From the NCBI GenBank assembly GCA_029932445.1, contig JAOZQB010000003.1, positions 1 through 32,629 on the forward strand: a stretch of 32,629 nt of DNA, written 5' to 3'. How positions within the stretch are numbered: the first letter of the stretch is position 1; every line of letters begins with the position of its first letter. The position numbers and the translations under genes were made by a program. Shown piece after piece: positions 19,846 to 29,098 of the stretch. The DNA comes from Bacteroidales bacterium. GTDB lineage: Bacteria > Bacteroidota > Bacteroidia > Bacteroidales > JAADGE01. The notes under the pieces are model-generated. The model made no database searches, was not told where the DNA came from, and worked only from the letters and a program-made list of their open reading frames with translations.

Positions 19846-21537
19846 TTAACCGACGGTGTCATTTTTTATGCCGAAGTCCGGATCTAATGTTCTGTTAACA
19901 AACCATAGAGCAATAAAACTTGGAATTGTACATATAATGACATAAATAAAAAAATGTTGATAACCCAATAATTCTTGAATATAACCGCTCATCATTCCGG
20001 GGATCATCATTCCCAAAGCCATAAATCCGGTAGCAATAGCAAAATGAGCTGTTTTGTATTTACTTTTACTTGCCAAATAAATCATATACAGCATATATCC
20101 GGTAAAACCGAATCCGTATCCGAATTGCTCAACAGCAATCATAAGATTAATCGTTACTCTATTCTCAGGTAAGACATAAGACATAAATATATAGACGATA
20201 TTCGGTAAATTTATAGCAATAGCCATCCACCAAATCCATTTTTTTAAACCGTGTCTTGCAGCCAGAATACCGCCCAAAATACCGCCGATCAGTAATGAAA
20301 TAATACCTACTGTGCCGTATGCAAATCCTTTTTCAGTCAAGGACATTGCAAGTCCGCCGTTCTCACGAGAGTCTAATAAGAAGGGTGATGCCATTTTTGT
20401 TAATTGAGATTCTGAAAATCTGTACAGCAATAAAAACGCTATTGCAGGGACAATGCCTTTAATCTTAAAAAATGATGCTAAAACTTCCCAATAAGCTCCT
20501 TTTTTTTCTTTTTTAGAAGAGGTATCAGAGGCAGGATACGGTAATATAAGTTTATGATATAATGCTAATAATAAAAATAAAACAGCTAATGCTCCTATTG
20601 ATATTGACCAAGCCAAAGGAACATTCCCGGCTTTGGCATCATATCTTGCTTCTGTTTTTTCTTTCAGATTATGTTTTACTTTAATGGTTGTTACTTGCAG
20701 TTTATTCCAGTTATTTTTGTCAAATTCAAACACACTTTTACCTGATAAATAGATATCTTTACTTCCGCTTTTTTGTCCGAAAGTCATTTTTACGGTTTCA
20801 TCATCTGCAGGCGGAGCTGTTAAGGCAAACCAAATGTTTACGGAATCTAAACCTGTTTCTCTGTTATATAAAGGCACTTTAATATTTTCAGGAAAGACTT
20901 TTATTTCAGGTTCTTTTTCAGATAAGTTTGAAATATTATTTTTATATTTTTCAATTTGTTCAGTTACGGCATCTTCATTAATCTTTGTCTCGGAAACAGC
21001 TTCAATTGTCAGCTTTTTCGATTCTAAACCCGTATTGTCCAAAATTAATCCCGTAATAATTACTAATAATCCAAGACCGACAATCATTGCGAGTCTGTAG
21101 AAAGTACTTCTGATTCCGGTAAAAAAAGCTTGTTTGTTTTCTGTGAGAGCTAACATATAAAAACCGTCAGCAGCAATATCATGCGTAGATGAAGTAAAAG
21201 CCATTAACCATAGAAATATCAATGTAATCGGAAACCACCAAGGTAAATGTAAAGCCAGCGAAACTCCGGCAAAAGATACCGCAAGTATTATTTGCATTAT
21301 GATAATCCATTTTCGCCTTGTTGAATAGATATCAACAAAGGGACTCCATAAGGGTTTTATAACCCAAGGTAAATATATTATTGATGTCCAGAATGCCAAT
21401 GAGGAATTTGATACTCCGAGTGTTTTATACATGTCACTTGCAACAAACATTACGATAATATAAGGTATTCCTTCTGCAAAATATAAAGAAGGAATCCATG
21501 TCCAAGGGTTACGATTTGTTTTTTTCTTATCATTCAT
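19846..21537 (-). CDS. ampG: AmpG-family muropeptide MFS permease with a ~130-aa soluble insertion
   Basis: PWTWIPSLYFAEGIPY, LPWVIKPLWSPFVD, STHDIAADGFY, IRSTFYRLA, EQFGYGFGFT and KTAHFAIATGFMALGMMIPG, which are Bacteroidota AmpG motifs. Confidence 0.88.
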   Translation of the reverse strand: MNDKKKTNRNPWTWIPSLYFAEGIPYIIVMFVASDMYKTLGVSNSSLAFWTSIIYLPWVIKPLWSPFVDIYSTRRKWIIIMQIILAVSFAGVSLALHLPWWFPITLIFLWLMAFTSSTHDIAADGFYMLALTENKQAFFTGIRSTFYRLAMIVGLGLLVIITGLILDNTGLESKKLTIEAVSETKINEDAVTEQIEKYKNNISNLSEKEPEIKVFPENIKVPLYNRETGLDSVNIWFALTAPPADDETVKMTFGQKSGSKDIYLSGKSVFEFDKNNWNKLQVTTIKVKHNLKEKTEARYDAKAGNVPLAWSISIGALAVLFLLLALYHKLILPYPASDTSSKKEKKGAYWEVLASFFKIKGIVPAIAFLLLYRFSESQLTKMASPFLLDSRENGGLAMSLTEKGFAYGTVGIISLLIGGILGGILAARHGLKKWIWWMAIAINLPNIVYIFMSYVLPENRVTINLMIAVEQFGYGFGFTGYMLYMIYLASKSKYKTAHFAIATGFMALGMMIPGMMSGYIQELLGYQHFFIYVIICTIPSFIALWFVNRTLDPDFGIKNDTVG

Positions 21538-22465
21538 AAATGCCGGTATTTTTAATTTTTAACTCATATCTCCAAAACACTCTTTCTACAAAAGCATCTG
21601 CATAGTGTGAGTAAAAGGAAATGGGACCTACCCACGGTATTGTAGAGTATTTGAATCCGTGTTCTTTCATATCTTGCAAACATAAATATAATAATATACT
21701 TCCTATTCCTTTTCCTCTTAAATCCGGATGTGTCCCCATAGGTCCGAACCAAGCCGTTCCGATATTATTTCCGTTATATGCTGAAAATGCTTTTATTTTT
21801 CCTTTGTAACGTGCAATAAATACAGCTTTAGGTTTTGATTTTAAGGCAGTTTCAACTTCATGAACCCATAATTTCCATTCATCAGCAACAAATTCTGACA
21901 GTTTTTGTTTATCTTTATCTTCTGCACGTGTTATTTGTATCCCTGCTTCTTTTAATTCCGTAATTTTATCAGAAACATCCCAATTTTTATTATTTAAATC
22001 AACTTTTAAATTGCATGTTTCGTCGAATTTTTTAAAACCCAGCTTTTCAAAAAAACATAATGCAGGAGTATATCTCGGATCAATCCCGGGCATAAAATAA
22101 TTAAGAGGGACATCATAAATTCTGACAATATCAACCTTTTCTTTCTTGAAATATTTAAAAACTTGATTATAGAGTTTTGTTCCGATACCGCACCTTCTGT
22201 ATGCTTTGTCAACAGCAAACAATTTTATATAGCCGTATCTTTGTTTGTTTATATCTCTTAATACAGCTTGAACAAAACCTAAAATTTTATTATTTTGTTC
22301 TGCAATATGAATATTATTAATATCAAAATACGGGTCTTCATAAATTTTCTCTTTTAAAATTCCACTGCTGACAGTGTCAAATTCTAAATTTTTATTTAAA
22401 AAACTTAAAACTTGTGAGAAATCACTGTCTTTAAAAATTCTGAGTTTAATATTATTTTTTTCCAT
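21530..22465 (-). CDS. Tandem GNAT N-acetyltransferase (GlmA-like candidate glucosamine/muramic acid N-acetyltransferase)
   Basis: Two acetyl-CoA motif A copies (AVDKAYRRCGIGTKL and FGPMGTHPDLRGKGIGSIL) plus NYFMPGID. Overlaps the ampG start by 8 bp. Confidence 0.78.
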   Translation of the reverse strand: MEKNNIKLRIFKDSDFSQVLSFLNKNLEFDTVSSGILKEKIYEDPYFDINNIHIAEQNNKILGFVQAVLRDINKQRYGYIKLFAVDKAYRRCGIGTKLYNQVFKYFKKEKVDIVRIYDVPLNYFMPGIDPRYTPALCFFEKLGFKKFDETCNLKVDLNNKNWDVSDKITELKEAGIQITRAEDKDKQKLSEFVADEWKLWVHEVETALKSKPKAVFIARYKGKIKAFSAYNGNNIGTAWFGPMGTHPDLRGKGIGSILLYLCLQDMKEHGFKYSTIPWVGPISFYSHYADAFVERVFWRYELKIKNTGIYE

Positions 22466-22497
22466 ATACTCGAAAACTGCTTTTACAAAAACAATTA

Positions 22498-23964
22498 TTA
22501 TTTTGAGTTCTTCTTTAATAAATTTTGTCTTGCTGACAATTCAGACGTTCTGATTTTATCTTTATACATATTGTATTCATTTTGTTTTTTTATGTCAAGG
22601 TCAGAATCTGAATTGTTGTCCCATCTTCTGTATAAATACAAGACATCATATATTCTTCCGATTTTATATGTTCTTGATATATTCAGAGAGACAGCATAAT
22701 TTTCACCGTAACTTGTGTTCGGGAACTTAATTTTGCGTAAAACAGGCGTGTAGAATGCTCTGGGAGCACCTATTCCATTAATTCTCAGGGCATTATTTCT
22801 GCCGTTTTCATCTGTCCATTCCTTGTGGTCAATTACACCGGGAGGGATTTCATTAAGATTAAAGTCCGTCAGTTGATAAGTCCCGATTAACATTGCACAT
22901 TTTTGTTCATAAAAGCCGTTAATAATCTTTTGTACGGTATTGTAATCACTATAAATATCATCACTGTCTAATTGAATTGCAAATTGTCCGCAGTTTTTGT
23001 GATGAATCCCAATATTCCAGCAGCCGCCTATTCCCAAATCTTTGCGTTCAGGGATGATATGAATGATTTTGTTATCATTTTCTGCGAGATTTTGTACAAT
23101 TTCTGTAGTTTTATCTGTTGAGTGATTATCAACAATGATGATATTAAATTTGAATCTTGTTTTTTGTAACAAAACAGATTTAATTGCACTTGCAATTGTT
23201 TTTTCTCTGTTTTTAACCGGAATAATTACAGATGCTTCATATTTAAAATTGTTTTTTGAGAAATAGATTTTTTTATACTCGCTCGGTTTAAGATAAGCAT
23301 TAATGTCTTTGAGATGGATTGTTACAGCTTTTTCCATTTCAATTTGAATTTGTCTGTTTTCATCATTGAGATAATCAAAACTGCTTTTTTTCGGTTTTTT
23401 GATATCATTTGCTTCAACCGAATAAAGATACTCAGGAATGTGAGTAATTTTACTATGCTGAGAGATTTTTAACCGTAAAAGATAAAGTGCCGCAAATTTA
23501 AGCTTTTCATTAATATTTTCAGCGGCTGTATTAAATACCGAACTTTTATAGAATTGCAGTGTACCGAAATCAAAATCATCTCGTAAACTGCCCTTTTGAT
23601 AATCAATAACAGGGTGATTTATTTGATCTCCGTTTTTTTTAATTTGATAATCTGAATAGAGCATTCCGGCATTTAAGTCTTCAGCAATATCGATGAATCG
23701 TTTAAGTGAGAAATCTCGTAATTCGACATTCATTTTTTCGGATAAAAACAAAGCATATTCATCTGTCATGTTTTCGGCATATATTTTTATTGCCTCAGAA
23801 GATAAAACATTATCGATATTTAAGATTTCGTATTTATTGTGCTTTGTAATTTCGGCAGATTCAGGATTTACAATAAATATTTTATTGATAAGATCAGATT
23901 TTTGTAATGATTTAATAAATTGCTCATCAGTATTGAATAAAATAAAAGCAGTTATTTTTTTCAT
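22498..23964 (-). CDS. Glycosyltransferase family 2 protein with two GT-A domains (paralogue A)
   Basis: ASVIIPVKNREKTI, IVDNHSTD, IQLDSDD, HKEWTDENGRNNALRINGIGAPRAF and YGENY. The start is more likely the ATG at 23964 (MKKITAF), because the upstream extension runs through a palindromic repeat. Confidence 0.88.
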   Translation of the reverse strand: MKKITAFILFNTDEQFIKSLQKSDLINKIFIVNPESAEITKHNKYEILNIDNVLSSEAIKIYAENMTDEYALFLSEKMNVELRDFSLKRFIDIAEDLNAGMLYSDYQIKKNGDQINHPVIDYQKGSLRDDFDFGTLQFYKSSVFNTAAENINEKLKFAALYLLRLKISQHSKITHIPEYLYSVEANDIKKPKKSSFDYLNDENRQIQIEMEKAVTIHLKDINAYLKPSEYKKIYFSKNNFKYEASVIIPVKNREKTIASAIKSVLLQKTRFKFNIIIVDNHSTDKTTEIVQNLAENDNKIIHIIPERKDLGIGGCWNIGIHHKNCGQFAIQLDSDDIYSDYNTVQKIINGFYEQKCAMLIGTYQLTDFNLNEIPPGVIDHKEWTDENGRNNALRINGIGAPRAFYTPVLRKIKFPNTSYGENYAVSLNISRTYKIGRIYDVLYLYRRWDNNSDSDLDIKKQNEYNMYKDKIRTSELSARQNLLKKNSK

Positions 23965-23998
23965 GTGTTTATTTTTATAATTTTCAAAGGTCACATGG

Positions 23999-24018
23999 CC
24001 TGCCTGCCGGTAGGCAGG
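23999..24018. repeat. 20-bp GC-rich palindromic REP-like element CCTGCCTGCCGGTAGGCAGG
   Basis: Near-perfect palindrome (one mismatch) that stands out against the AT-rich background. It translates as PAYRQAG, a short repeat I recognise from Bacteroidota and other genomes. Confidence 0.7.
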
Positions 24019-24124
24019 GAACACCCGCATGTGAACTTTATTTAATATATTTATTTATGAAACTGCATTAGTCATTCACTTGTGTGTTAAGCCTTTATAC
24101 CTGGTGTTTCACATTAACATATTT

Positions 24125-24173
24125 ATTCAAATTCGGCTGTTTGGAAATTGAGTTCAAACAGCCGAATTCGAAT
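24125..24173 (-). terminator. Stem-loop just downstream of susD (terminator or mRNA-stabilising hairpin)
   Basis: Perfect 14-bp stem AATTCGGCTGTTTG (24130-24143) / CAAACAGCCGAATT (24155-24168), extendable by 4 bp past one mismatch. No clear U-tract on the minus strand. Confidence 0.6.
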
Positions 24174-24182
24174 TAAAGGTTT

Positions 24183-25679
24183 TTAAAAATTATGATTTAA
24201 TGTAGCCCACCAAACTTTTGTATATAAATTGTCTGGTCCTTGAATTTCTACTGCAGCATTATAGTTAACCGAATTAAACTCCGGTTCGTTATCCGGATAC
24301 GGGAATCTGCCGGGAACCGTTTCAGGATCAACGGTTACAAGTGTTGTGTCAACAATTATTATTCCGTTGAGCTCCATATCCCATTTTTGTAATGTCGGGA
24401 AACTTGTTCTTCTGTATTCGGCAAATGCTTCAAATCCGTTTAAATACAAAGCAATCCATTTTTGAGTAATGAGTTGTTCCAATGTTCCGTCAAATGCTGC
24501 ATCTCCTGCTAAATAGTTTGTAATTTCCGTATCCGGAATATTATTATATTGCATGCTTGCTGTAACTCCGTCATTATAAAACTGTTCAGCTTCTGCCGGT
24601 GAGCTTCCCCAGCTTCGTAATGCGGCTTCGGTTTTTAAGAAACAAACTTCTGAATAACTCAACAGTTGATTTGGGGCATTAATATCAGCAACAAAACTTA
24701 AACCCGGATATGAAGTGTTCATATAGTTATAACCGAACGCAACGACTTCTTCGACATTTAATAAATTCGGCATTCCGATTATTGTATCAGTATTAACTGT
24801 CGTGGGTTGTGCATAAATCGGTAAACGGGGATCATTTAAATCTTGTAATTTTGTAACCATAAATTCACTAACCTGACCTATTGCTGTCTCATAGTTTTCA
24901 AAGTAATCAAACCAGGGATTTCTGTCGTCTAAAGAAGAAGGATAATAAAAATTTGCAGATTCATTATTATTTGAAATAAAATTATCTTCATTCATTAATT
25001 CAGTAACAATTGATTGATTTCCGCTTCTGATTGCAAGTCTTAATCTTAACGAATTTGCAAATTTTACCCATTTATCAAGATCTCCGTGAAAAAGAATATC
25101 TGCATCTTCCGAAAAAGACTGTTTGTCATAATCAATAGCAGCAACTGCTTCACCCAATTCATTTAGCATATCGGAATAAATATCTTCTTGATTATCATAA
25201 ACCGGTTTTAAAATGTTCGAATTAAGAGCTTCCGAGTACGGAACATTTCCCCATAAATCGGTTATTTTATGGAAAGTATACACCTTCCATATTCTGGCTA
25301 AGGAATATTTATTGACAGCTTCCGGATCATCTTTTGTTAAAATTAACAATTCGTTGGTATTTAAAAGAATCTTTGTATAAAATGATTCCCATAAACCTTT
25401 AATTTTTTGTTGAGTTAAATAAAGATAAGGCGGCATTGTACTGTTTCCGAATGATTTAGAGGCATACATAATCCATTGACTCAAAAAACTTTTATTTACG
25501 GTAAACATATCATATTCTCCTCCGCCTTCTTTCAGAATATATGTAAATAAATATTCCGGGTTTGTTTGCGTCGGATTATTCGGATTTGTATTTATGTCTT
25601 CAAAATTTTTTCTGCAAGAACTAATCGTCAAAAGAATTGCTCCGACAGCTATCATGTATTTTATATTTTTAAGTTTCAT
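24183..25679 (-). CDS. susD: SusD/RagB family outer-membrane lipoprotein
   Basis: Lipobox LTISS-C, FEDINTNPNNP, TDLWGNVPYSEA, KWVKFANSLRLRLAIR, DPRL, ITQKWIA, EYRRT, RFPYP and KVWW. Confidence 0.93.
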   Translation of the reverse strand: MKLKNIKYMIAVGAILLTISSCRKNFEDINTNPNNPTQTNPEYLFTYILKEGGGEYDMFTVNKSFLSQWIMYASKSFGNSTMPPYLYLTQQKIKGLWESFYTKILLNTNELLILTKDDPEAVNKYSLARIWKVYTFHKITDLWGNVPYSEALNSNILKPVYDNQEDIYSDMLNELGEAVAAIDYDKQSFSEDADILFHGDLDKWVKFANSLRLRLAIRSGNQSIVTELMNEDNFISNNNESANFYYPSSLDDRNPWFDYFENYETAIGQVSEFMVTKLQDLNDPRLPIYAQPTTVNTDTIIGMPNLLNVEEVVAFGYNYMNTSYPGLSFVADINAPNQLLSYSEVCFLKTEAALRSWGSSPAEAEQFYNDGVTASMQYNNIPDTEITNYLAGDAAFDGTLEQLITQKWIALYLNGFEAFAEYRRTSFPTLQKWDMELNGIIIVDTTLVTVDPETVPGRFPYPDNEPEFNSVNYNAAVEIQGPDNLYTKVWWATLNHNF

Positions 25680-25698
25680 ATAATATCGGATTTAAATG

Positions 25699-28600
25699 TT
25701 AAAAATTGAATCTTAATGAAAAACCTATATTTCTTGCAGTAGGCATTGCAGCATATTCTTGTCCGAGACCGTTATTTTGATTGGTAAAAGACGATTCGGG
25801 ATCAATATTAGGAACACCGCTGTATATCAGCCAAAGATTTCTGCCGGTAAGGGAGAAACTCGCACTATTTATTTTTATTTTTTTCAGGAACGATTTAGGA
25901 ATATTAACTCCGATAATCATTTCTCTCAGTTTTATATAACTTGCATCATAAATACTTAATTCGGTGATACCGTTCCATTTTCCCTGATGCCAATATACTT
26001 GAGGATCGAGACCTCTGTTGTTGGGAGTTCCGTCAGGAAAGACACCTTCGGGAACATAACCTACAGGTGTGCCGTCTGCTTTCATTCCGTTTAATTGTTC
26101 TTCTTCAGTTGCAGCATACCACGATTCTCTTCCTTCAAGAGTATTAACAAATTGACCGTTGTCATTACCGTATCGGTTGGTTTTGGAATATATATCGCCG
26201 CCCATTTGTACTCCGACGGTAAAACTTAAATAAAAAGCTTTATATTTAATTGAATTCACAATACCGCCTATCCAATCGGGATTAATATTTCCGAGTACTT
26301 TGGTATCTGTTCCGCTTGAAATATATAAACCTGTTGAAGGATCAATTAAATGTTTTCCGGAAACGGAATCTGTTAAAATATAAGTACCGACAATATTTCC
26401 GTACGGATCACCCGGACGAGCTTCAATTATGATTTGGCTTGTGCTTGTTATAGGGTATGTATTAATATCTTCAGCAAGGCTTATTACCTTTGATTTGTTT
26501 TTCGCGAAATTGATATTTATATCCCAACTAAAATCTTTATTCTTAATCGGTTGAATTGTTAAAAGTAATTCAATCCCTTTGTTTTGAATTTCTCCGGCAT
26601 TAATGACTGCTTTATTATAACCGGTTGCTTTAGAAATTTCTGTACTAAGAATTTGGTTTACAGATATACCTTTATAGATTGATACGTCTATACCAACTTT
26701 ATTTTGAAAAAATCTTAAATCAGACCCTGCTTCCCAAGATCTTGTTATTTCAGGTTTTAAATCATATAAGGGTTTGATATTGTTTAAATGGTTTACCGGT
26801 AATTCTCCGAAACTTCCGGATAAATAAACCGGTTCAAGCATATAAGGATCAGCATCGTTACCTACTTTAGCCCACGAAAGTCTTACTTTTCCAAAAGAAA
26901 TAATTTTTGAGTTAAGTTTTAATGCTTCAGAAAATATAAAACCGGTACTTATTGCCTGATAAAAATAAGAGTTATTAATTGACGGTAAACTTGATGACCA
27001 GTCATTCCTTGCATTGATGTCTATGTAAAGGTATGATTTATAGGCGATTTGAGAAAACCCATACAAAGAATTAATCGTTTTTCTTATCACAGTTGTTCCC
27101 GTTGAATTATCAAGTTTATTTGTATAATTATTTAATGAGAAAAAATTAGGAACGGCAAAACCTTTAATTGCAGAAGAACTTATATCAATTTTACTTGCTG
27201 AGTTATTTCCTCCGAAACTTAATGAGAAATCAATTTTTCCGAATGTTTTTTTACCTGTTAATAAGAAATCACTATTCATTGACCTGTAACCGATCCATGT
27301 TTCAGAATATTCACCATTCGGAGCACGCATTGAATAAGATGCAATTCTCCGAAATCTTCTGTCAGTATGAAAATCGGTACCTGTCCTCAACATAAGACTC
27401 AACCAGTCCGTAATTTGAAAGTCTGATTTTACTGTTCCCAGTATTCTGTCTCTTGTATCATTATTTGTATTTTCATAGGATTCCCAATAGGGGTTTGTGT
27501 GCCAACTGTCAGATTTGTAATAGTTCTGTTCATAACCGTAAGCGTCTTTATAATCGTCTCTTAATTTATTAATGTCGATATTTCTGGGCATCCAAATAAA
27601 TGTTCTGGCACCGCTTCTGGAATCTCCTTGTCCGGGTCGATTAAAAGCATCATTTCTGTCATAGTTTACTTTGGCATCGATATTTATTTTTTTGGTCAGT
27701 TTTGAAGTTCCTCTTAAGGTTATTGAGTTTTTCTTATACCAACTGTTTGGTCTTAATCCTTTGTTATAAAGGTTTGTATATGACATTCTGAATGTTGCTT
27801 TTTCTGAACCGCTGTTTATTGCAAAAGAGTTTACGGAGGTTATTCCGCGTTCATAATAATTTTTTACATTATCGGGGTGCGGTTCATAAGGTCGAATTTC
27901 TCCGTTCCAATTCAGAATTAAACGTCCGTCCATTTTCGGTCCCCAGCTCTGGTATGAATTCGGTGAATATTCTATTGTGTCCCAACCCGGATACATTAAT
28001 CTTTGTATCGAATCTAATGCAATTCTCGGAATATATCCGTTACCGCCTAAGCCGTATTCATTTTGATAATCAGCTTGAATGTCAGCAATGTCAACAGTTG
28101 TTGACATGTTTACGGATACTCCGATTCCTTTTTTAACGGTTCCTTTTTTTGTCGTAATCATAATGACGCCGTTGGCAGCTTTTGAACCATATAAAGCAGC
28201 TGCATTAGGGCCTTTTAAAACGGTAATACTTTCAATGTCATCCGGATTTAAATCTGAAATACCGTCACCGTAATCATGTCCGCCTAACCAGCCGGCAGAT
28301 TGATAGTTTGTGTTGTCAATCGGTATTCCGTCAACAACAATAAGCGCTTGATTGTTTCCGCTTATAGATGAATTTCCTCTTATTACGACTCGTGACGAAC
28401 CTCCGGCACCACCTGCAGTTTTAGATATTTGAACACCTGCAATTTTCCCTGAGATTGAGTTTAAGATATTAGTTTCGCGTGCTTCGGTTAAATCATTACC
28501 TCCGATTTCAGAAGCAGAATATCCGAGTGCTTTTTTTTCTCTTTTAATTCCCAGTGCCGTAACAATGACCTCATCTAATTCGGCTGTTTCTGTTTTCAGT

Positions 28601-28884
28601 TCAACATTAATAACGGATTTGTCTCCGACATTAATTTCTTGCGTAACATAACCGAAATATGAAAAACTTAAAATAATATTGTTTCCCTCATTTACGGTTA
28701 AAGAATATTTCCCTTCAAAATCGGTCATAATTCCTTGTGCCGTTCCTTTCAGAATTACGCTGACTCCCGGTATTGCCGAATTTGAATCTGCATCAGTTAC
28801 TTGCCCGCTTATTGTTCTTTGTTGGGCATAGATATTTGATACTAAAGCGGTAAATAAAATTAGTATGAACAATTTTTTTTTCAT
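25699..28884 (-). CDS. susC: SusC/RagA family TonB-dependent transporter
   Basis: Signal peptide, N-terminal extension, LDEVIVTALGIKREKKALGYS, plug DLNPDDIESITVLKGPNAAALYGSKAANGVIMITTKKG, RNDWSS, LKPE and C-terminal Phe. Confidence 0.96.
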   Translation of the reverse strand: MKKKLFILILFTALVSNIYAQQRTISGQVTDADSNSAIPGVSVILKGTAQGIMTDFEGKYSLTVNEGNNIILSFSYFGYVTQEINVGDKSVINVELKTETAELDEVIVTALGIKREKKALGYSASEIGGNDLTEARETNILNSISGKIAGVQISKTAGGAGGSSRVVIRGNSSISGNNQALIVVDGIPIDNTNYQSAGWLGGHDYGDGISDLNPDDIESITVLKGPNAAALYGSKAANGVIMITTKKGTVKKGIGVSVNMSTTVDIADIQADYQNEYGLGGNGYIPRIALDSIQRLMYPGWDTIEYSPNSYQSWGPKMDGRLILNWNGEIRPYEPHPDNVKNYYERGITSVNSFAINSGSEKATFRMSYTNLYNKGLRPNSWYKKNSITLRGTSKLTKKINIDAKVNYDRNDAFNRPGQGDSRSGARTFIWMPRNIDINKLRDDYKDAYGYEQNYYKSDSWHTNPYWESYENTNNDTRDRILGTVKSDFQITDWLSLMLRTGTDFHTDRRFRRIASYSMRAPNGEYSETWIGYRSMNSDFLLTGKKTFGKIDFSLSFGGNNSASKIDISSSAIKGFAVPNFFSLNNYTNKLDNSTGTTVIRKTINSLYGFSQIAYKSYLYIDINARNDWSSSLPSINNSYFYQAISTGFIFSEALKLNSKIISFGKVRLSWAKVGNDADPYMLEPVYLSGSFGELPVNHLNNIKPLYDLKPEITRSWEAGSDLRFFQNKVGIDVSIYKGISVNQILSTEISKATGYNKAVINAGEIQNKGIELLLTIQPIKNKDFSWDININFAKNKSKVISLAEDINTYPITSTSQIIIEARPGDPYGNIVGTYILTDSVSGKHLIDPSTGLYISSGTDTKVLGNINPDWIGGIVNSIKYKAFYLSFTVGVQMGGDIYSKTNRYGNDNGQFVNTLEGRESWYAATEEEQLNGMKADGTPVGYVPEGVFPDGTPNNRGLDPQVYWHQGKWNGITELSIYDASYIKLREMIIGVNIPKSFLKKIKINSASFSLTGRNLWLIYSGVPNIDPESSFTNQNNGLGQEYAAMPTARNIGFSLRFNF

Positions 28885-29030
28885 CTGTATATTTTATAAT
28901 TAATATTTAATTAGTCAGACAGAATTTTTAATAATCAAATTAATGTAATTAAAAAATTAGTCAATAAATGAATTTTCCATTAAAATTATAAAAAGAAATA
29001 TGTGTTGTTAATTTTGTTTTATTATAAAAA

Positions 29031-29078
29031 GTATCCGCTCAAAAAAGGATTATTAATAATCCTTTTTTGAGCGAATAC
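29031..29078 (-). terminator. Intrinsic terminator of the T9SS protein gene
   Basis: 24-bp arms GTATCCGCTCAAAAAAGGATTATT / AATAATCCTTTTTTGAGCGAATAC. The single mismatch becomes G-U on the minus-strand RNA, and TTTTT follows on the minus strand. Confidence 0.85.
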
Positions 29079-29098
29079 GATAATTAACGGTTATAAAT

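Noticed and set aside
23965-24030. N-terminal extension MRVFPAYRQAG... of GT2-A
   Set aside because: It is the translation of the palindromic repeat and hairpin; the ATG at 23964 is the better start.
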